Positions 7,945 through 17,276 of a stretch of DNA of 64,000 nucleotides are shown one piece after another. The DNA is taken from contig URNW01000001.1 in NCBI GenBank assembly GCA_900549285.1, positions 32,252 through 96,251 of the forward strand. Direction: 5' to 3'. The translations under genes and the position numbers were made by a program. The notes below the pieces were generated by a model, which searched no databases, was not told the DNA's origin, and was given only the letters and a program-made list of their open reading frames with translations. Each line of letters starts with the position of its first letter. The first letter of the stretch is position 1. Origin of the DNA: an uncultured Mycoplasmatota bacterium (GTDB lineage: Bacteria; Bacillota_I; Bacilli_A; RF39; UBA660).

Positions 7945-9692
7945 ACTTAAAAGATAAATTCATTAAATATTTTGTTGAGCATGATCATGTAGAGATCCCT
8001 AGTGCACCATTAATTCCTGAAAATGATCCAACGGTATTATTTAATACGGCAGGAATGCAACCTTTAATTCCTTATTTATTAGGAGAAAAGCATCCCTTAG
8101 GAAAAAGATTATGTGATGCTCAAAAATGTGTACGATTAACTGATTTAGATGAAATTGGTGATAAAACTCATCATACCTTCTTTGAAATGCTTGGAAACTG
8201 GAGTTTAGGAGACTATTTTAAAAAAGAAAGCATTGAATACAGTTACGAGTTTTTAACCAAAGTATTAAATATTCCCAAAGAGCGTTTAGCCGTTACAGTT
8301 TTTGAAGGCAACGAAGATATACCTAGAGATGAAGTATCAGCAGATATTTGGAAAAAATTAGGAATAAAAGAAGAAAGAATCGCTTATTTAGGAGTAGAAG
8401 ATAATTTTTGGATAGCAGGAGAAACTGGACCATGCGGAGGCGATACAGAAATTTTTTACTTTCGGAGTGAAGATAAAATTCCAGAAGTCTTTGATCCGAA
8501 AGATGATCGCTGGGTAGAAATATGGAATAACGTTTTTATGGAATTTCATAAAGATAAAAATGGGAAAATTACTGAATTATCTCAAAAAAATGTAGACACA
8601 GGAATGGGTTTAGAAAGAGTAGTAGCCATATTAGAAGGAGTGGTAGATAATTATAAATCTTCTATTTGGAAAGAGATTATATCATCAATAGAAAATATAA
8701 GTGGAAAGACTTATGAAGGCAATGAAAAGAGTATACGTATTATTGCCGATCATATTCGTACGAGTGTTTTTATTAGTGCTGATCCTGCTGGAATTAAGCC
8801 AAGTAATAGAGATCAAGGATATATATTAAGAAGACTAATTAGAAGAGCTATTCGTCATGCTACATCCCTTGGAATTAATACAAATGAAAATTGGATGGAA
8901 CCAATTGCTTTAGAAGTAATAAAAAAATATGAAGATTACTACTCTGAAATTAAAGAAAATAAAGATGTTGTATTAGAAATATTAAAAAATGAAAATGCAA
9001 AATTTAATCGTACACTAGAAAAAGGATTAAAAGAATTTGATAAATTATTAACTCATATGGTGGGAGATATGATTGATAAAGATCAAGCTTTTAAATTGTA
9101 TGATACTTATGGTTTTCCAATTGAGCTAACTGAAGAGATGGCCAAAGAAAAAGGCTTAAAAGTAGATATAAAGGGATTTCAAGAAAAATATAAAGCTCAC
9201 CAAGAACTTTCCCGTACTGCCTCTAAAGGAAAATTTAAAGGTGGATTAATGGGACATAGTGAAATCGAAACGAAATACCATACAGCTACACATTTATTAA
9301 ATGCGGCCTTAAAAATAGTGGTTGGAAGTACTGTTCATCAAAAGGGAAGTAATATTAATGAAGAAAGAATGCGTTTTGACTTTTCTTGTGATCATAAACT
9401 AACAGAAGATGAAAAAAATGAAGTGGAGCAATTAGTTAATAAGTGGATCCAAGAAGATTTACCAGTTACTATGCAAACCATGAAAAAAGAAGAAGCAATA
9501 AAAAGTAAAGCCGAGGCTATGTTTATTGAAAAATATGCGGATATAGTAAATGTATATAGTATCGGTGATGTTTCAAAAGAAATATGCGGCGGCCCTCATG
9601 TTAAACACACAAATGAATTAGGACATTTTAAAATAATCAAAGAAGAGGCAAGTAGTGCAGGAGTTAGAAGAATAAAGGCTATCTTAGAATAG
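7941..9692 (+). CDS. alaS: Alanine--tRNA ligase, compact form (583 aa) with no C-Ala domain.
   Basis: Class II AlaRS motifs (FNTAGMQP, WNNVFMEF, GMGLERV). Editing-domain motifs HTATHLL and CGGPHV near the C-terminus. The protein ends shortly after the editing core. Confidence 0.9.
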   Translation: MNLKDKFIKYFVEHDHVEIPSAPLIPENDPTVLFNTAGMQPLIPYLLGEKHPLGKRLCDAQKCVRLTDLDEIGDKTHHTFFEMLGNWSLGDYFKKESIEYSYEFLTKVLNIPKERLAVTVFEGNEDIPRDEVSADIWKKLGIKEERIAYLGVEDNFWIAGETGPCGGDTEIFYFRSEDKIPEVFDPKDDRWVEIWNNVFMEFHKDKNGKITELSQKNVDTGMGLERVVAILEGVVDNYKSSIWKEIISSIENISGKTYEGNEKSIRIIADHIRTSVFISADPAGIKPSNRDQGYILRRLIRRAIRHATSLGINTNENWMEPIALEVIKKYEDYYSEIKENKDVVLEILKNENAKFNRTLEKGLKEFDKLLTHMVGDMIDKDQAFKLYDTYGFPIELTEEMAKEKGLKVDIKGFQEKYKAHQELSRTASKGKFKGGLMGHSEIETKYHTATHLLNAALKIVVGSTVHQKGSNINEERMRFDFSCDHKLTEDEKNEVEQLVNKWIQEDLPVTMQTMKKEEAIKSKAEAMFIEKYADIVNVYSIGDVSKEICGGPHVKHTNELGHFKIIKEEASSAGVRRIKAILE

Positions 9693-9748
9693 GCTTTATT
9701 TTTAATTAAAAATATGGTATGATAAATATTATAGAAGAGGTGGATTAG

Positions 9749-10846
9749 ATGACAATACTAAGCATAGGAAGAACGAGCTATGATATTACTTGCCCAGTAG
9801 ATGAATATCCCGTAGAAGGAACCAAATATTTATTAAACGAGAAAATTGAATCAGGTGGAGGAACAGCAGCAAATGTAGCTTATCTGCTTGGAAAATGGGG
9901 AGAAACATCCTATTTTGCAGGAGTAGTAGGATCGGATGATTATGGTTCTCAAATTCGTAAAGAATTAGAACAAGTCATGGTGAAAACGGAATTAATGGAA
10001 AATTCTTATGAAATTGGAACGCCTGTATCTGTCATTTTAGTAAATAAAAAAAATGGAACCAGAACAAGATTTGATATTGTAAGTGCCACTCAACCTCAAT
10101 TAAAAAAATATGAATATACATTAGCACCAGATGTTATATTTACAGACGGAAAAGAATATAGTGCAACGATCAATGCTTTAAATAGATTTCCTAAAGCAAT
10201 AAGTATTTTAGATGCTGGAAGAGTAGACAGAGACTTATTAGAATTATGTAAATATGTAAAATATATAGTCTGTTCAAAAGGTTTTGCAGAATCAGTAAGT
10301 GGTTTAAAAATAGACTATAATAATTCTGCTACTCTTGTCCAAGTATATAAAAAATTAAAGGATCGTTATCCCAATAATAATATTGTAATTACTTTAGAAA
10401 ATATGGGTGCAATGTATTCTTATAATGGTGAAATAAAAATTATGCCAGGTATAAAAACAAAAGTCGTAGATCCTAGTTGTGCAGGAGATATTTTCCATGG
10501 TGCCTTTGCATACTGTCTAGCAAATGGTTTTGATTTAGAAAAGGCTATTACATATTCCAATATTACTGCAGGACTATCTGTTGGCAAGATGGGAGGACGA
10601 GTTTCTATTCCTAATTTAAAAGAAGTAATCAATTACTATAATCAAAAATTTCAAATTGTAGAAACACCACCAGTAGAGGAGAAAAAAGTTGAGCCAACAA
10701 ATGAAGAAAAGCTTCCTGATATTCCAGATCCTAGTAAAATAGTAATGCCTACAAATACTAATAATGTAGAATCTGGAAGTACCTTTTTTGGTGGATCAAC
10801 AGCCATTCCTAAAATAGAGCCAAGCAATGACGGAAATGTTCACTAG
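9749..10846 (+). CDS. PfkB-family carbohydrate kinase with a Pro/Glu/Thr-rich C-terminal tail.
   Basis: GG motif near the N-terminus. PfkB signature DPSCAGDIFHGAF. An approximately 80-aa low-complexity C-terminal extension. Confidence 0.75.
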   Translation: MTILSIGRTSYDITCPVDEYPVEGTKYLLNEKIESGGGTAANVAYLLGKWGETSYFAGVVGSDDYGSQIRKELEQVMVKTELMENSYEIGTPVSVILVNKKNGTRTRFDIVSATQPQLKKYEYTLAPDVIFTDGKEYSATINALNRFPKAISILDAGRVDRDLLELCKYVKYIVCSKGFAESVSGLKIDYNNSATLVQVYKKLKDRYPNNNIVITLENMGAMYSYNGEIKIMPGIKTKVVDPSCAGDIFHGAFAYCLANGFDLEKAITYSNITAGLSVGKMGGRVSIPNLKEVINYYNQKFQIVETPPVEEKKVEPTNEEKLPDIPDPSKIVMPTNTNNVESGSTFFGGSTAIPKIEPSNDGNVH

Positions 10847-11096
10847 TGCTTCACCCGTATTAAATGTCCATGGTGAGACAACAGATACAGTTGTATTTTT
10901 TCTAAATGATTTTATAAAAGATAATGTAAAATTAAAAAATACATATATAGGGATTATTCATGGTAGAAGCTCTAATATTCTACGAAACCGTATTCATGAA
11001 TTGCTGAAACAAAATAAATTAGTTGATTCTTATAAAATAAATATTTGGAATCCAGGAATGACGATTGTAAAATTAAAAATTGATAAAAATCAATAG
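10827..11096 (+). CDS. Smr-domain protein.
   Basis: Smr core (LNVHGETTD..., IIHGRSSNILRNRIHELL). The start may be the ATG at 10836. Confidence 0.65.
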   Translation: MTEMFTSASPVLNVHGETTDTVVFFLNDFIKDNVKLKNTYIGIIHGRSSNILRNRIHELLKQNKLVDSYKINIWNPGMTIVKLKIDKNQ

Positions 11097-11120
11097 TAAA
11101 AAGTTAATTTTTACGCTAAT

Positions 11121-11149
11121 TTGACAAATAGATTTAAATATGCTATAAT
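11121..11149 (+). promoter_or_regulatory. Promoter for the two-gene hypothetical operon.
   Basis: TTGACA, 17-nt spacer, TGcTATAAT. Confidence 0.45.
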
Positions 11150-11179
11150 GAACATGTAATTGAAATAGGGGGTTAAAAT

Positions 11180-11599
11180 ATGAAAGGTTATGTTTTAGAT
11201 TACATTAATGAAAACGAATTTAAAAAACTAGAAAGAGCATTAAAAAAATATAATATGCTAGCTTTTAAGAAGTTAAATTTTGATTATTATCCAGCACTTA
11301 GAAATGGTAAATTTGTTGGAGAACTAATAAGTACAAATAAAAAAGAACAAACTGCTAAATATGAGCTTAAATTACCAAGTGATAAAATGTTTGCAGCTGT
11401 TCACGGGGAAGTAAAACTTTATTATACTGTCTACTTAAAAGAAGGTACAATTATGCTTGATACAATTACACCAACTGAAATATTGTTAGAAGGACATATG
11501 AGTGAACTTGCAACATATAAAGGAATAATGATATCAAAAGCGAATGCATCTAAAGATAAGTTTAAAATTGATTTATTAAATATGTTACAAGAAAAGTAA
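11180..11599 (+). CDS. Hypothetical protein (139 aa).
   Basis: ORF with RBS GGGGG. No recognisable motif. Confidence 0.5.
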   Translation: MKGYVLDYINENEFKKLERALKKYNMLAFKKLNFDYYPALRNGKFVGELISTNKKEQTAKYELKLPSDKMFAAVHGEVKLYYTVYLKEGTIMLDTITPTEILLEGHMSELATYKGIMISKANASKDKFKIDLLNMLQEK

Positions 11600-11618
11600 C
11601 ATATTTTTTAGGTGGATT

Positions 11619-12425
11619 ATGAGAAGAGATTATACCTTTAATACTCAAGATTTTCTTCCCTTTATATATGATAGTAAAATAAGTCATATTGTGAAGAATC
11701 ATGAAAATACTTTAAAAATAGCTAGTAAGTTTATTCTTTCTTTTTTAAGTAGCAGAAATTTTTATTTAGAGCTTTTAAATGAGCAATTAGGCAAAATTGA
11801 ATTAAAAGCATCCGCTAATGGTAAAGATTTATTTTTTACTCTTTTAAATGAACAAATAGTAATAGAGTATGAAAATAAACAATACACATTTTTAACAGAT
11901 TGGACAGATTTACAATATTTTGTTAAGTTAGAAATGTATAAAGTAAAAGAAAAGGATAAAACAATAACACAAAGCATAGATGCTCATCAAATAAAAATAG
12001 AAATCCAAGTAGAAAAGAGAATTTATAGCTTTATTATTCCTTATGATATTGATTATTATTTAGATATTCATTCTTTTAACATGATTACCAAAGATACGAC
12101 AATACTTGATTTAAAAAGAATATATATGAACCGTTTTTTTAAAAATCAAAGTGCTTATGAACATCAATGCCTAACATATGTATCTATAAAAGAGATAACA
12201 GAGCAGGGGAATATAATCTTATTAGATGAATTGACGATAAAAGAAGGCTTTGTTTTAAAATATGTATTAAGTTCCATAAATCATGATGTAATTATAAGAA
12301 TAAATGGAATACCTAATGAACCCAATGAAATACAAATTTTAAATTATCAAATGCAATCAGAAATAGACTTTAAAAATGAAATAAAAAACTTATATGAAAG
12401 AAGTAGAAGAATAAATATTGAATGA
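11619..12425 (+). CDS. Hypothetical protein (268 aa).
   Basis: RBS AGGTGG, 19 nt after the upstream stop. No recognisable motif. Confidence 0.5.
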   Translation: MRRDYTFNTQDFLPFIYDSKISHIVKNHENTLKIASKFILSFLSSRNFYLELLNEQLGKIELKASANGKDLFFTLLNEQIVIEYENKQYTFLTDWTDLQYFVKLEMYKVKEKDKTITQSIDAHQIKIEIQVEKRIYSFIIPYDIDYYLDIHSFNMITKDTTILDLKRIYMNRFFKNQSAYEHQCLTYVSIKEITEQGNIILLDELTIKEGFVLKYVLSSINHDVIIRINGIPNEPNEIQILNYQMQSEIDFKNEIKNLYERSRRINIE

Positions 12426-12496
12426 TAAATAAGGCGAATATTATATGTATTATTTTATAAAGTGAATAGAATAAAGTAGAAAATTGGAGGTGAACA

Positions 12497-13693
12497 ATGA
12501 ATAGAGAAGATTTTCCATTATTAAAGGATGATATTATATATTTTGATAATAGTGCTACAAGTTTAAAGCCAAAATGTGTTATTGATAAAATAAATGATTA
12601 CTATACCAACTATCCTGCTAATGCCCACCGTGGAGATTATGATCTTTCCTATAAAGTGGATCAAGAATATGAGGAAACTAGAAGTTTAGTAAAAGAATTT
12701 ATTAATGCTAAGTATTTAGAAGAAGTCATATTTACTAATGGAGCAACGGAATCTTTAAATATGATAGTAGATGGCTTTTTTGCCCCTTTATTAGAGCCAA
12801 ATGATGAAGTCCTATTAACAACTAGTGAACATGCATCTAATATTTTGCCTTGGTTTCGTTTAGCTAGAAAAAATAATATTAAAATAGGTTATATTCCTTT
12901 AGATAGTAATTACTATGTTACTTTAGATAATCTAAAAAAGGTAATAACACCTAAAACAAAAGTAATAAGTATAGCGGGGATTACAAATGTAATAGGAGAT
13001 ATTAGACCTATAAAAGAAATATGTAAATTTGCTCATGAAAATAATATTTTTATGGTTATGGATGCAGCTCAAATGGCACCTCACATTAAAATAGATGTAC
13101 AAGATTTAGATGTTGATTTTATGGCTTTTTCTGCTCATAAAATGTGTGGTCCAACAGGAGTAGGAATTCTATATGGCAAAAAAGATTTATTAGAGCACCT
13201 AGAACCAATCACACTTGGCGGAGGGATGAATGAATCCTTTGATAATCCAAATGAGGTATATTTAAAAGAGTTACCTGCTAGATTAGAAGCAGGAACAAGG
13301 AATATTGCTGGTGTAATTGGCTTTGGAGAAGCGATTAAATATTTAAATAAAATAGGGATGGATACCATTCATAAATATGAATTAAATTTAAGACAATATC
13401 TAATAGATAAATTAATTCCCTTAAAGCATATTGATATTATTAATATAGAAAGTGATAGTGGAATTATAACGTTAAATGTTTCTAATATATTTAGTCAAGA
13501 TGTAGCTTATTACTTAAATAAATATAATATATGTGTTAGAGCAGGGAACCATTGTGCTAAAATATTAAAATCTAGTGTTGGGGTAAAAAATACGGTAAGA
13601 ATTAGTCTATATTTTTATAATACTTACGAAGAAATTGACAGTTTAGTAGAATTATTAAGTAATTATGATAAGATAGTAAAAGAGATGATTTAA
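12497..13693 (+). CDS. sufS: Cysteine desulfurase, SufS-type (class V aminotransferase).
   Basis: PLP-Lys motif SAHKMCGPTG. Catalytic-Cys loop RAGNHCA. Confidence 0.85.
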   Translation: MNREDFPLLKDDIIYFDNSATSLKPKCVIDKINDYYTNYPANAHRGDYDLSYKVDQEYEETRSLVKEFINAKYLEEVIFTNGATESLNMIVDGFFAPLLEPNDEVLLTTSEHASNILPWFRLARKNNIKIGYIPLDSNYYVTLDNLKKVITPKTKVISIAGITNVIGDIRPIKEICKFAHENNIFMVMDAAQMAPHIKIDVQDLDVDFMAFSAHKMCGPTGVGILYGKKDLLEHLEPITLGGGMNESFDNPNEVYLKELPARLEAGTRNIAGVIGFGEAIKYLNKIGMDTIHKYELNLRQYLIDKLIPLKHIDIINIESDSGIITLNVSNIFSQDVAYYLNKYNICVRAGNHCAKILKSSVGVKNTVRISLYFYNTYEEIDSLVELLSNYDKIVKEMI

Positions 13694-14115
13694 TGAATAT
13701 AAATGAAAAAAGAGAAATAATTATGGAGAATTATCTTCATCCTATCAATAAAGATATCCCTCATGAGGGATACACAAAGATAAATACTCGAAATGAATCG
13801 TGTATAGATAATATTAATTTATATATTAAATGGAATGATAATAAAATTGAGGATATAACTTTTGATGGAGAAGCATGTGCGATTTCAATATCTTCTACTT
13901 CTCTTATGATTAAAAATTTAATAGGAGCAACAAATGAAGAAGCTTTAATATATATAAAAGAATTTTATCGAATGACAAATGGTGATCAATTTAACCCAGA
14001 AGTATTAAAAGAAGCAGTAGCATATGAAGATATTACTAAACAATCAAGCCGAAAAATATGTGCAAACTTGCCATTAAAAGGACTAGAAAAAGCTATTTTA
14101 GAACAACTAAAATAG
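13693..14115 (+). CDS. sufU: SufU/IscU-like sulfur acceptor.
   Basis: Three conserved Cys (ESC, GEAC, KIC). Start overlaps the sufS stop. Confidence 0.75.
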   Translation: MNINEKREIIMENYLHPINKDIPHEGYTKINTRNESCIDNINLYIKWNDNKIEDITFDGEACAISISSTSLMIKNLIGATNEEALIYIKEFYRMTNGDQFNPEVLKEAVAYEDITKQSSRKICANLPLKGLEKAILEQLK

Positions 14116-14173
14116 TTTTTTTCTTGCTATTTAAAAATATATCTTTTATAATGAATTTATTAGGTGATGGGTT

Positions 14174-14659
14174 ATGGCAAATGTTTTTGAAGAAATAGAA
14201 ATAATAAACGAATTAATTAATCATTATCAAAAAGAAATAGAAAATATAACTTTGTATTATTCCGAATTAGTTCAAACAAGCTTTGAAAATGATATTGTTT
14301 ATCAAAACCAAGAAATATGCCTTGAATATATGGAATTTCAAAAATATTGTAAATTAACTGCAAATATTTTAAAAGAGATTTGTCATAAAATAAAAAAAGA
14401 ACTTGAAACAAAAAAACAAACAATCCAACATTTAAAATATATTAGAGAACACAAAATTAGTAAACTTCTTTCTCTTGCAAGCAGTATACCAATAAAGGAA
14501 AATATATTAATTAGTGATGGAATCCATATAAACTTAAATCCTAAGATCGTTTTATCTATAGAAGAAACAAATATTTTAATGGAATATTTAGATGCAAAGT
14601 ATTGGAATGAAGAATTCAACTTTTATGATTTTGTCCATGAAAGTAAAGGCTTAAATTAA
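14174..14659 (+). CDS. Hypothetical protein (161 aa).
   Basis: ORF only. Lies upstream of an ABC ATPase/permease pair. Confidence 0.45.
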   Translation: MANVFEEIEIINELINHYQKEIENITLYYSELVQTSFENDIVYQNQEICLEYMEFQKYCKLTANILKEICHKIKKELETKKQTIQHLKYIREHKISKLLSLASSIPIKENILISDGIHINLNPKIVLSIEETNILMEYLDAKYWNEEFNFYDFVHESKGLN

Positions 14660-14681
14660 CCAAAAGAAAAGGAGAGTACTG

Positions 14682-15380
14682 ATGAAATTAGAAGTAGTAG
14701 ATTTGCAAAAAAGCTTTGATAATAAAGAAATATTAAAAAATATTAATTTTACTTTTGAACAGGGAAAAATATACGGCTTATTAGGAAGAAATGGAGCAGG
14801 AAAAACAACCTTTTTTAATTGCTTAAATGATGATGTAACACCAGATAAAGGCACCTTTTATATAAAAGAAGAGAATCATACTCGCTTACTTAGAATAGAG
14901 GACATTGGCTATGTTCTATCTACTCCAGTCGTTCCTGAATTTTTAACAGGTAGAGAATTTTTAAAATTCTTTTTAGAAATTAATGAAGAAAAAATAAAAG
15001 ATGCCAAAACGATAGATGAATACTTTGACTTTATGAAGATTGACGAAAAAGATCGTGATAAACTCTTAAAAGATTATTCTCATGGTATGAAAAATAAAAT
15101 GCAAATGTTAATAAATATCATTGCCAATCCAAATATTTTATTATTAGATGAGCCACTTACAAGTTTAGATGTAATTGTAGCTGAAGAGATGAAAGAAATG
15201 CTAAAAAGTATCAAAAAAGATCATATTTTAATTTTTTCTACTCATATTATGGATCTAGCTCTAAGTCTTTGTGATGAAATTGTAATTTTAAAAAATGGTT
15301 GTTTAACATTGGTAGATAGTAAAATAAAAGGGGAAGAAAAAAAAGAAAAAATAATTGAAATGTTAAGAGAGGGAAATTAA
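14682..15380 (+). CDS. ABC transporter ATP-binding protein.
   Basis: Walker A GRNGAGKTT, signature-like YSHGMKNKMQ, Walker B LLLDEP. Confidence 0.85.
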   Translation: MKLEVVDLQKSFDNKEILKNINFTFEQGKIYGLLGRNGAGKTTFFNCLNDDVTPDKGTFYIKEENHTRLLRIEDIGYVLSTPVVPEFLTGREFLKFFLEINEEKIKDAKTIDEYFDFMKIDEKDRDKLLKDYSHGMKNKMQMLINIIANPNILLLDEPLTSLDVIVAEEMKEMLKSIKKDHILIFSTHIMDLALSLCDEIVILKNGCLTLVDSKIKGEEKKEKIIEMLREGN

Positions 15381-15381
15381 A

Positions 15382-16953
15382 ATGCTTCATACCTTTATTT
15401 TATCTTTTCACCTCCGTAACACCTATAAAGTAAATACCTTTATTTACGCTTTAAAAAGCTTACCCTTAATAAAAAAAATTCTACCAGATAAATTATATCA
15501 AAGTAAAATTTTAAAAATACTAGGGAATGTAATTAGTATTTTATTTGAACTATTAGATATTTTTTTAGGAAAATTTTTGTATGTTTTTCTAATGATCTTT
15601 TATATGACTATGATGTATCACTCTAATATTAGTGCAACATTCTTACATATTTTTCTTTTTTTAACAATAATTGGAGCTTTTTTAAATACTTATATGTTTA
15701 ATCCAACCAAAGATAAATACTATGCCATGTTCATTATGAGAATGAATGCTAAAAGTTATTCTTTAAGCAATTATTTTTATGCTATATTAAAAATAATCAT
15801 TGGTTTTTTACCATTTACTATTATCTTTGGACTATTATCAGGATTAAATATTGGCATATGTCTTTTAATCCCTTTCTTTGTAGTGGCCTTAAAAATAATT
15901 GTAACATCTTATTGTTTATACCTTTATGAAAAAAAGAATATTGTTATTAATGAAAATAAACCAGTAAAACACATATGGATCTTAACTTTTCTATTACTAG
16001 CGCTTGCTTATGGTTTACCATTTTTAGGAATCATTTTACCTGTAAAAGCATCTCTTATTATGATGATAATTAGTATCATAGGAGGTATAGTGTCAGTTAA
16101 ATATATTTTAAAATTTACCAAATATCGTGAAATGTATAAAAAAGTGTTAACAGATACTAGTATGAATTCTATGGAAAATGCTAATACGATTGCTAAAGAA
16201 ACTGTTTTAAAACAAATTAGTATTGATCAAAAATTAACAAGCAAGAAAAAAGGATTCGCTTATTTTAATGATTTATTCGTAAAAAGACATAGTAAACTTT
16301 TACTAAAAAGTTCTAAGAAAGTTGCTATGTTTAGTATAATAATATTTAGCATTTTATTTTTAATAGTTGCCATGAATCAAAGTATGAAAAAAGATATAAA
16401 TGATCTAATCATGAATTATTTACCTTATTTTGTATTCATTATGTATCTAATAAATAGAGGAGAATCTGTTACAAGAGCCATGTTTATGAATAGTGATCAT
16501 TCCATGTTAACTTATGCCTTTTTTAAAACTCCTAATTCAATTCTTAAACTGTTTAAAGAGCGATTAAAAAGTATGATTCTAATTAATTTACTACCAGCTT
16601 TAGTAATAGGGATAGGACTACCTTTACTACTTTTTATAACAGGAGGTACTTCTAATCCATTAAATTATCTTATTTTATTCGTCTCTATTATATCAATGAG
16701 TATTTTCTTTTCAGTACATCACTTAGTACTTTATTATTTATTACAACCATATAATTTTAATAGCGAAACTAAAAATACAACATATACAATTATAAATTTA
16801 TTAACATATATGATTTGTTATTACATGATTAAAGTAAAGCTTCCAACTTTCTATTTTGGTTTGTCTATGATTTTATTTGCCATTATTTATAGTTTAATAT
16901 CTTTAATATTAGTTTACAAATTAGCTCCTAAAACTTTTAAAATCAGAGCCTAG
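15382..16953 (+). CDS. Polytopic membrane protein, probably the cognate ABC permease.
   Basis: 523 aa with at least 10 hydrophobic segments. Adjacent to the ATPase with only a 1-nt gap. Confidence 0.55.
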   Translation: MLHTFILSFHLRNTYKVNTFIYALKSLPLIKKILPDKLYQSKILKILGNVISILFELLDIFLGKFLYVFLMIFYMTMMYHSNISATFLHIFLFLTIIGAFLNTYMFNPTKDKYYAMFIMRMNAKSYSLSNYFYAILKIIIGFLPFTIIFGLLSGLNIGICLLIPFFVVALKIIVTSYCLYLYEKKNIVINENKPVKHIWILTFLLLALAYGLPFLGIILPVKASLIMMIISIIGGIVSVKYILKFTKYREMYKKVLTDTSMNSMENANTIAKETVLKQISIDQKLTSKKKGFAYFNDLFVKRHSKLLLKSSKKVAMFSIIIFSILFLIVAMNQSMKKDINDLIMNYLPYFVFIMYLINRGESVTRAMFMNSDHSMLTYAFFKTPNSILKLFKERLKSMILINLLPALVIGIGLPLLLFITGGTSNPLNYLILFVSIISMSIFFSVHHLVLYYLLQPYNFNSETKNTTYTIINLLTYMICYYMIKVKLPTFYFGLSMILFAIIYSLISLILVYKLAPKTFKIRA

Positions 16954-17024
16954 AAAATAAAAAGAAAACAAAATATTGAAATAATTATTTTAATCGAAAA
17001 ATATAAAAGATTTATTAATTAATA

Positions 17025-17053
17025 TTGTCATCAATAAGATTTTATGGTATAAT
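17025..17053 (+). promoter_or_regulatory. Promoter of the serS leader.
   Basis: TTGTCA, 17-nt spacer, TATAAT (TGgTATAAT, extended -10). Confidence 0.4.
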
Positions 17054-17059
17054 TATAAA

Positions 17060-17260
17060 AACAAAGCAAAAGAAAGATAAGTAATATCATTTATTTTAAT
17101 AGAAAGCTTATGGTTGATGGAAATAAGTAAATATTGATATGAAATCTCCTTTCTAGTGGGACTAATCCTCCCCGGTATAAAAGCCGTTATTAAAATTAAG
17201 CAAATAAAAGGATGGTACCGTCTAAAAGACTCCTTTAGATACCCATTCTTTTTTATTTTA
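17060..17260 (+). ncRNA. T-box leader (tRNA-Ser-responsive) upstream of serS.
   Basis: T-box-like sequence GGATGGTACCGTC at about 17210-17223. Downstream hairpin TCTAAAAG...CTTTAGA, then a T-run (about 17221-17257). UCC/UCU serine codons in the presumed specifier region (GAAATCTCC at about 17140). serS is commonly T-box controlled in Firmicutes. Confidence 0.5.
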
Positions 17261-17276
17261 GAAAGAAGGATAAAAA

